This document shows, in pieces, positions 54,459 through 64,000 of a DNA stretch of 64,000 nucleotides. The first letter of the stretch is position 1; each line of letters begins with the position of its first letter. The notes under the pieces are model-generated. The model was not told the DNA's origin, made no database searches, and saw only the letters and a program-made list of their open reading frames with translations. Origin of the DNA: Tubulanus polymorphus (Eukaryota; Animalia; Nemertea); assembly GCF_964204645.1 (NCBI RefSeq), contig NC_134027.1:19182560-19246559 (forward strand), given 5' to 3'. A program made the position numbers and the translations under genes.

Positions 54459-54766
54459 AGCCGCGATCACACGGAGACGATTTGGCCTGGGCCAAATTGG
54501 CACGGATCAGGCTCGTGCCAAATTTGACCCGTGCCTAGTTAGAGAGCGCACTCGTACACAAACCACTCACTCGATACTAAACAATGCTTAAACAAAGTGA
54601 AGTGGGTCATTTTCGGTACCAGTTGCAATTCAAACGCAATCATTCGTCTCTGCTAGAATTTGGCTCCAGTCTGGTCTGATGTTTTTGGTCGGGCCAAATT
54701 TGGCCCTGGCCAAACACTCTGGCCCATTTGGCACCTGTGTGAAAAGTTGTCCCGGGCCAAAAATGC
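54459..54766 (+). mobile_element. MITE family C, uninterrupted copy (empty foldback site)
   Basis: Contains GCCAAATTGGC at 54491-54501 with no insertion. Confidence 0.85.
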
Positions 54767-55659
54767 TATTATTCGGCTTGTGTGCCGGAGCCTTTAGATG
54801 CCACTTCCTTGAGAGATCTGGCAGTGGCTAGAACCCAACTAGAAATCATCTGGCAGGACAATGGAGACAAAACGATTTATATACTCAATTTGACAAAAGG
54901 AGAATTTATGCTTTTATGAAGATCAGCAACGGGAGAGAATATCCGAAGTTTTGGCAATGAAAGTGTCAACAACATCTGAAAAAACTTCCCTTACTGTACT
55001 CGATAAACTTGCCACGTGTCAAATCATTGCCTCGCTTCGCATATTACGATTTGGCATTTTTCGGTGAATGATAATTAATGAATTTATACAATTCAAATGG
55101 AATTTTATTCGCATCGTGGAATTCACGTTATCTTAACTTAATGCCGCATTTCAATTAATTTGCTCTAACATGCCACAGAGATAGTTAATATATTCATCCC
55201 GCGAGTGAAATAAATACTTGCTTTCCGGGGAGGGGGATCCAATAGTGAATTCCCTTCTGTTATTTGTCTATCTAATTGTGCCAATTAATGGATAAATAAT
55301 GCTCGCGTTCGAAATGGATGCGCGCTGGTTTTATTTCACTTCCGAGAATTGAAGTGTGAAATTCAAGACTGAAAACATTCTGATGTATTGTGCTTATTTG
55401 TTGCCGTTGGGTTAGAAATTTTTTCGGAAACAATTTCGTCTCCGCATAAAAGAAAAATAGTTTATGAAATTTTTCGAAAAAAAATGCTCTTCGCATTAGG
55501 CCTATATTCTCTTGGTAATATTAATGAAATTATTTAGCCATTGGTGCTGTATCAGCACTTGCGATATTCTATTGTTATTCAACTTTGAATTTTTTTTTGC
55601 CATGCCTGTACTAGTTGATGCTGTTGAGATAAAACAGATATGCAATTTCTGAAGATTAA

Positions 55660-56145
55660 AGCCGTGATCAACCGTAGACGATTTGGCATTGGCCAAATAA
55701 AGAAGTTTCCAGTTTCTAGGCGCCATTTTGTGGCAGTCCCTCGAGGTCCCCATTGTTGCGATAATTTGCGCTCATTTTTAAAACATAAGACGAAATTAAT
55801 TTATACACCATTTTAAAGGAAATGAAATGCAGATATTTGCTGACGTTTCTTGGAATTTTTGAACGCAACAATTGAGAACAGTGACGATGTGAAACCAAGG
55901 ACCGCATATCTAAACCGGGCGTAAAAGAAATCGCAATATTTATTAACTTTAAAATATCTAAGTAGGCCTATCTCTTAAAGCTATATTTCCAATTTTCACA
56001 GAGGTTAAAGAGGGTTATTTGCAGTTTAAGCCTGCATTGAATTTTTTTGAATATCTTTCCTGACAACTGATCTGTACCCGCTTGAGTTTGAGATTATGCG
56101 CAAAAGGGGTCTCCCACTGCCTACCACCATTTCACTTCACTGAAC
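55660..56145 (+). mobile_element. MITE family C left end fused to one foldback arm
   Basis: Junction GGCCAAAT|AAAGAAGTTTCC is identical to 44580/44581. The arm is truncated at ~56145. Confidence 0.88.
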
Positions 56146-59100
56146 GAAGCCATTTTCTTTTGTTTTATTAGAAACCACCCACTGGAAAAGGTGTCGGCTA
56201 ATAATGTGTCTTCGAAACTATCCGGTTGTTTGTTTCTGGAATTGCTTCGATCGTGAAAAACCTCATTTAGCGGCGGATTGCTGTCTATCAGCTCATCCAC
56301 AATATGCCACATATACACATTATCTGTTGACACATTTCTGTCAAATTGCGGCGACAACAGTACGAAATTTGTTCCGTCATCGATATAGATTTCGTTTGCG
56401 TGCCACTGCAGCGGTCTTATAACACGGCTGTCTGCATCAGCGCGGTGATTTTTGAACTTTTGACTGATCGGCTGTCGGTTCGCGCGTCGATGACAGGCGT
56501 TTCGATGGCGCGATCTTTAATTTAGTAACCCTCAGAATTTTCCGTATGGCCGGTCTTTCATCAGGGTTTATTCATTTCTCGCGGGACGCGTAATTTATTC
56601 ATGGCTTGCCACGATTTCCAGTCAGTTTTCGTCTACTGGTTCAATGAACCGATATCATCACCTTCCGCGTTATTTATTGATGCACACTTCGGATGAGCAG
56701 TTCACCTTGAAATTACCAGGCTGCATCGCGCAACCCAAACATCAGCATCGCATAAATGCCACCGAGCCACAACCGCGACTATTGATCATTAGGATGATGA
56801 CATTTTGGATCAAATAGATTATCAGTGGAAAATTTTTCAAATTACTTTATTCCATTTACCAACACAAATGAGCATTGTCTCGTTGAAAATACGTTTTGAC
56901 ATTTTTCTGAATACGCTCTTATCCATAGATAAATTCCATCCACCAAAAAGCTGCAGCAGTGAGTCTGTACCCACATCCACATATTGCGTGCTTGATTTGG
57001 CAGGTTTTCTCTTGGGTTTTTTCACCTTGACTCCATAATTCCCCACATTTGTGGGTTTAATTCGACTCTCTGGTCCCAGTTCAATGTAGCTCTCGTTCCG
57101 CTTACATGGTTGAGGGCTTATTTTTTCTCTAGCCAGTTTTATTTTCTGGACTCACTTGTGGGTTTAATTTGCCAGTGGATCTAGTTCCTGAGGATTTATT
57201 ATGATATTGCATATTCTGCAGTTAATTCAATCCAATTAATGTTTATTGTCTTTAAATCAAAATTAAATGACTATAGTCAACAAGAATTACGAAATGAGAA
57301 GGAAAACAGAAATATGTATACATAACTGTTGTAACAAGACTTCTAGTATCACTTAGATTTACAGATTTCACACATGTATTAGAGGTAAACGGTTACAATA
57401 AATGATCGTTGGGATTATGATTTTGGCTTGTTGAACCCGCCTAGCAGAAACGACCAAAGTCTTTAGCTAGCTTAGTTGACGTGAGAATCCGATTAAACTG
57501 TACATTAGTATTTCGAGTACAATAGTCTGGGAACAATTTTCTTATGAGTTTGATTTAACTATAGATCTAGTTCCATGGTTGTGGGTTTGATTTGACTCTG
57601 GACATAATTTCCATAATCGCGGATTGAACTGGTTCTTCTTGAAATTCTGACAATTCCGAGGTTATTTTTACTATGCTGTGCTGTGCTGATAGATATTGGG
57701 TGTAAACGGAGTGTGAGAGTGGGAGGGGAGGGAGTAGAGTGTGGTGTCAAGCATATATCCTGTGGCTACGTAAGATTAATGATTTCAACTCGGCGATGCT
57801 GATCTAAGTTATCAAGCTGCAATGCTAGTAGTGCATGGGGTTAGTTATAGCCAATAGCTGATTATAATTGATTTTCTACGAGATTTTAATTTTTGCCATT
57901 TCGTTCTTGTGTCTCGAATGTCACAGCGCATTTTTCAAAGTGATAATTTGTTTTTTTTTTTCCAACGAATGATTTTATACGATCACATTTTTCCTGAACC
58001 ATTATCGGGGATACAATTGCTACTAAAAGGTGGTTGCTTATACAGTTATACGCGATCGAAATAATCTAGTTCATTTTTAACTGTGAACTTAATTATTGAA
58101 TTACTCATACGATGGCATATGGCATATTACTTTCGTATACTTCCCTGCGTGACATGTGGCTTTTCCTGCAATTGTGGAAAACCATATAATTTCAGGAAAG
58201 GCCATTTTTTCCAAGGCAAATACCTTGGCCATTTTTCCTTGGTTATTTTGAGTACAGACATTGGACTATAGATGAACTGGGCCCTTGCACCTAAGAGCAG
58301 TAATTTTTGGCCAAATTACTCAAATCGAAATATCTGTTGGCCTCAGCTGCAGTTATTCCGAGATAACACTTATCCATTCATACTTAGCGCGCATACTGTA
58401 TATGGTTTCTTAGAGAGGAGTGAATCTATGAAATGATTGCTTTGCTACATGTAATTTGCTAATGGTTTAAGGCAGATCTAATAATTACTGTCACCCATAA
58501 CTTCACTAACGCAATTTACCTCTGCCCCTGGTTATCTTGATTAAGTCTTGCTAATTGATTCCTCTGTTGATACACACAGTCACCTCGTTTCCCTATTAGG
58601 CTATTTCTCATTCTCGAACATTCTCGTATATGCCACTGCTGGCATTTGTTTTTCCGTTGGCTTAATTTTTCATTGATAGTCGTTTTTGGCATCGAATTGC
58701 GGTCAATTCACCCAGAACTTTTTATGGCGGACAAAACGGATGGGAGCCATCGAATGAGGATTGTTATTGCCAACAGCTATCCTGTTCGATGCCGCTCACA
58801 TCAGAAATTAGGCAAATCATGTCTTGATTAACTCAGATTTGACTTTATGATTCATTTATAGCTTATTTTTTTATTCATCTTTGGAAAAATTCGAGAAATT
58901 ACGGATATATCTGAGAGGAAATCCTGTATCCTGTCTGAATGCGCACCTAGTGGATTCTTGCTTGCCACAAGCCGAATCCTCGATTGTCACAGTTGAACGT
59001 GGTGTCAACATGCTATTAGAAAATTAGGTCAGTGATTGAAATGAATCAATTTTTCTTTGCCTGTCGATGAAACTGAACAACAATGATTCATTGGAGCCAA

Positions 59101-60179
59101 ATATTCCTGTTTGATGTTGATTGAAGATAAACTATTGTGTTCATTTACGTGACCATCTGGTTCGTAATGCTACCCTTATTGTGGTTCAGGCATAATTTTG
59201 ATGGGACAAAATCTTCCATTAAAAAAAACCATGAACTACACGATTAGTTACAATTTGGGGAGACCTCTTTTGTAAATGGTGTTCCAGATGAATAGGATTT
59301 TTAAGAGGTTCCAAAACCTGACTTATTTGCGTAGTTTATTCATAAGTGCAAGGATTTCAGTACATTGGTATTAAGTGTTCCCATGGTTAAATTATTCAAG
59401 GCCAATTCACGGGTTATTCAATGCATTTCTGAAATATCGGGCTTAGTAAGTACAGGAAGTGATTCCGTACTGAAAATCTGATCGCCATATACAAATGAGC
59501 TGTATTTTGAAAATAGATTTGGTGCTTAGCCAGCCACATACTGTAGTATGCTACACTAATCGAAGATGAGTGTTGTTTCTTCATTTAAGTGTTGAAGTGT
59601 TTTTAATCATTTTTGCCTCAAAAGAACAAAGATATATAGGGAGTTGTACGTCCATGATTTGATGCTCACTTTACTAGTTTACCACAAAAATACAGTGCCA
59701 AATGTATTTCGCTCGCATCACCAAGGATCTTGATAGTAGATGTTTGCTGAATTGACAATTCAGAAGTCAGGAGAGCAGGTTAAGAATGGATTGTAAATAC
59801 AGATAAACAAAAGCTGGTTTACAAAGTGCTGAATCAAGTGAGGACGCGATTCGTTCTGTAAGTGTGGTATTCTGGCAAATTTGGCACTGCACATCTACGG
59901 CACTCCTCCATAAGCCCAGAATCTCGTGTGAACGCCGCTATAGTCAAGTCACCATAGAAACCACTCAGGAATTTGTATTGGCCGAGTGAACGAGTTGTTG
60001 TTATCGTACATACGGATAGCTACGGATAGCTTTCACCTTTGTGATACCAACAACCAAAAAACTGGAGGTATTAGAATAAAGAGAGGTTTTAGAATTTGGT
60101 CTCGTCCATTCTAGACCGGTCTGATTTGGACTGACCTTAAAGAGCGAAGTAGGTCCGTTCCAAAATTTGGACCTACAAA

Positions 60180-60182
<3 letters not shown>

Positions 60183-60211
<29 letters not shown>
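60183..60211. repeat. (TG)n microsatellite
   Basis: Read directly. Confidence 0.95.
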
Positions 60212-60212
<1 letters not shown>

Positions 60213-62204
60213 ACAGAAACTGGTACTAGTCAAATTCCTATTCTTGCGGTATGAATTCAGTTGTATTAAATTTGTCACCAATTCGTCATCAAGCTGATTA
60301 ATGCAATGATTTAATTTTTGTATATAATTTCTATATTGTCTAGAAATTAATGTGTATGCTAAGGGATTGTAGTTTGTCTTTTGTCTCAGCTTGTGTTGCT
60401 CGCAGAATATATATCTGTTTAAATTATTCTGAAAATTACCTAGAGTCTATCATACATTGATATGTATATTGAGTGATGTATGATAAACTGCAATCATCAA
60501 AATTGTTCAAATGAAAAACTGCCAGGGACTCATAAATCTATCATTTAGGTATAGATTTTGCGGTAAAATACTTATGGCGACATCTTAGCCAATCTGTAGC
60601 CAATTTAGTGTTGCGTTCAGATTTTACACTCCATTTAGACCAGTTCAACCAGTTGTCATGTGGACGCGGCCTAGGTGTAGCCTATGTAGCACCATGTCCA
60701 GTATTGAAATGCAAACTGGTCTGCTTGATTTTTATCTCGACGACATTCAAAATACGTAAATTGAAAAGGTCTCTAAGGGGGCCTTGTGTATCGCTGAAAA
60801 AAGTGCCTTCTAAGTTTGCTTCGCATCTCCACAGGGATTTTTCCGACCAAAAATCGTAACTCCTGCGGGTTCGGCCGTGTTGTACGCGACGAAATATTGC
60901 GAAAAACACTCGCGAATAATTCAATAAAATATCGGATAAAACGAAATCTCAAGTAGCTCATTTGAATATTTTAAGAGCGTAGAATGTATTGATTTTCATT
61001 AGGCCGCTGTTTCACTACCGTGCATATGTACAATTAGTGTTATATGTCACTTGAATATTCGCTCTGGTAATATGTCTGTGTGTTATCGCTTATTTCATAA
61101 CGAGCGTGTAGGAGTTTCATTGAAGACTATGTATCGAATCGCCGATGCAAACTGGGGATTATCCGCCGAAACGGGGAGTTTGATTTTGAAATCGGGAACT
61201 ACCGATATAGTTGGATGGACGGTCCAATTAACATAATTTTTGTATAAATCGAAGGACGTTAGTGGAAATTTTAGTGAAGAGCCGTTAAGCCCTTCTTTTA
61301 GTCATAGCGAACTAAATAAGATTTATTTTGTACCGTTGAGGTACAATTGAAATTGCATAGACCATGGTATTTGACCAGTTCATTCTAACCGATTTTTTTA
61401 GTAACTAGCTCCTGATAGTATGTTTGTACCAACCAACTTTTGAGCTATTGACCCTGGGTTGCTATTACTCTGTCATTTTATGCAGCCCTTCCCTTTACAT
61501 TCGGTGATTCCCGTGATAATCATATAAAACATTCCGGCTCACTTTAATGTCTCACTCGGTTAAGTGCAGGAACATTTAAATTCGTCCCCAGTTGACGATG
61601 ACTCGTGAATGAATAAATGTATGAACTTTGAAACCAGTTTGTGTTCTTCCCTCTGTCTCTGCTGACATATGAATGTTTCAAACCGATTCGACGAGAATCT
61701 TCTATCAACTGATGTTTCTCGGTTCTGTTTTCGCCATGAGCTCATTTTTTTCAGCTCGAATATATGTGCGCTTGATATGTTTTTCTTTTATTTGTTTCTC
61801 TCGTTGCGGATTCGATATATTCAGCTTCATGAATTTTGGGAATATGATGGTACCGTAGATATTTCCATGAAATTTCAATAGTTCTATTTTGAATTGTTTA
61901 CTAGTCTTAAGATTATTATGTTCTCATCAAAGATGCTAGGGGACTTAAGTTAGTGAAATTATTGATTGGAATTATTTGTGCTTTACGTGATGATTTTCAG
62001 TTAAGTTTATGTTTCATGCATTGGGCTTTTGGTTAAACCATCAACACATAGGCCTATGCAATTTCTATGCTGAATGTAGTTCTCCATCAATTTGATTGGA
62101 TTGTCGGATGACATCTGTGTTTCAGCCAGTCAAACTTCAGTCCTGACATACATGTAATATAGGCCCTATACTGTACATTGATTTTGTATGAAATATATTT
62201 ATAA

Positions 62205-62288
62205 ACTTATGTATTGTTTTTAATTTCATATTTTTCAGGTAAGCTCTTAACATTTAACAAGAATATCGTGTAGAAGATTGAGGTAACA
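62205..62288 (+). promoter_or_regulatory. Candidate recursive splice site or 44-nt noncoding exon
   Basis: T-rich tract plus TTTTTCAG|GTAAGC at 62238/62239, with a second donor GAG|GTAAC at 62282/62283. Confidence 0.5.
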
Positions 62289-64000
62289 TTTAAAGCCTGA
62301 ATACATCATTGCGAGCTCATTAAAATAGTACATACGATTGGAAAATTGCCAAATTTGAAACGCATACCGCTGGATCCCCCAATAATGATCCACTTTCACA
62401 GCTGAGAATCGAATCTAAGTAATGTTTTTGATTCGTGAATAGTTCATTTCAATGATTTCGCTCGGTTGAACCCATATGGATGTTATTCAATTCTCGATGT
62501 CAGCCCTTCAGAGAAACCAGCGCTGGGCATTATTTCACCCCAGTTTTGGAAGTAGCTGGTTTATGGTAGTGCTCGCTATGCGCACTTTACCGACAAAACA
62601 TTAAAAATATGTTTCCTTGAATCTGGGGCCCCATACTAAAGTGTTTTATGTTCATAGATCATTACTGAATGTAGCGATGACGATCACAAAATAGTCATGA
62701 ATCTTATACGCATTGATGTTATTGTTGTCGCCTGATGAAAGGCAAAGATATCGTCATCATATTCCTACATTAGTAATAAAAAAGCACAAATCGAATTACT
62801 TAATAACGTTATATTTTAACGCATTCAACGGCTGACACTAAAAGGCTGCGCGAAGATTGTGAAGTCATAATTTATCGGTTTTATAATGTAACATCCTCGG
62901 ATAAATGATGTTCCTAGTAAAAGCTTTACAAGAGACAAGCACAAGTGTAATAGAGCATTACAACATTAGAGAGTTTTACCTGCTCAATATCAATAATCGA
63001 TAGTCTGTCTGGCCTGGGGATAAGATATTTAAAAAAAGAGAAAATCCCCGGGTCATTTACTTATTTGACAAGATATAACAGGGTGTTTTGCATTCACTTT
63101 GAATAGAAAGCCGGCTATATACGATATTTTCGCAGCATGGGAAAGTCTTGATTTAGAATATTTTCATCATAGATCTAAACCCTCTTGTTGTCGGATTAAT
63201 TTTCAACAATGTACCACTCAGACCCAAAGTTCTCATAATTGCAGTATAAATAGGAGTCATTTTCCAATGGCTACAGCTCAATATAGCGTGATTCAATTTT
63301 TGATAGGGATTATATAAACCTTTCAAACGATGTAAACATTTTCAGTATAGGCTGTAGTTGGTCCACTGGGGGATCATTAACTTTTTGATTCACTTTCACT
63401 TCCGGGGTTGAACTCCAATCAGCCTCGGCAATATAGTGACTATCATCGAAAACAGAATATGCAAAGACGTCTCTAATATCAGAATTACAAGAGGGTTAAT
63501 GAAAATTTTCAAAGTAAATGATAATAACTTAAATAAAATGTAGATTCTTATCAGTTCTTTATGGGCTAGATAAGTAGCGATAGAAATATTTGAGGCCTTT
63601 CAATTTGTGCTTTAGAGATCTTGCAGCCATGTGGTTTTTTTAGGGTACTACGCCATATTGGTGGTCCAATGTAATTAGTGATTTACATGACAGACCCTCT
63701 AAGTTTGTAAATCCCCCTGATCTTCTTTTGTTGTTAGGACAGTCCTGTGTAAAGAACTATGATTACTGTCGTCTTGTCAAAAAATTCTCAAATGACTGGA
63801 TAAAGTCCAATTCAGACACAGTAGTATAGCACCCTGAGATTTCCGCCTCGCAAGCCCAGGGTAACTACGTAAAAAATCCTTAAGTCGACGATCAGGAACC
63901 AACGACGAGAAAACGTTCTTAAAACTTCAAACCGTGAATTTTACTTTATTTTCTTCAATATATCGGAGAGACGAGGCTGGACATCCAACCCCCTCAAAAG

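Noticed and set aside
56121-57046. Possible transposase fragments after the third foldback arm
   Set aside because: No DDE, THAP or tyrosine recombinase motif could be recognised.
59762-59863. Candidate alpha-2/delta exon 3 ending at GTAAGT
   Set aside because: There is a stop in the required phase, and the donor lies in a MITE remnant.

Overview
AT-rich, intron-containing animal DNA, not prokaryotic. The repeat types and GPCR class suggest a lophotrochozoan invertebrate (inference). I reconstructed three genes by hand. (1) A complete 16-exon, 680-aa CNBD2-like cyclic-nucleotide-binding protein (+, 10880-24540), with GT-AG introns and consistent phases throughout. (2) An intronless 312-aa class A GPCR nested antisense in intron 1 of that gene (12804-13742). 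(3) The first two coding exons of a calcium channel alpha-2/delta-like gene (+, 29448-30574), followed by what looks like a >33-kb intron containing a candidate recursive splice site at 62238/62239. The rest is mobile DNA: a decayed DIRS retrotransposon, Penelope-type hammerhead remnants, Helitron-like elements, tRNA-SINEs, L2 tails, several MITE families and microsatellites. The most notable items are a CATC...GATG MITE group with 9-bp target duplications that carries B-box, CRE and CCAAT motifs, and a 1.76-kb foldback element found twice at the same nucleotide of another MITE family. Most ORFs in the supplied track are spurious. No CRISPR array, rRNA or intact tRNA was seen. Nothing was database-searched.
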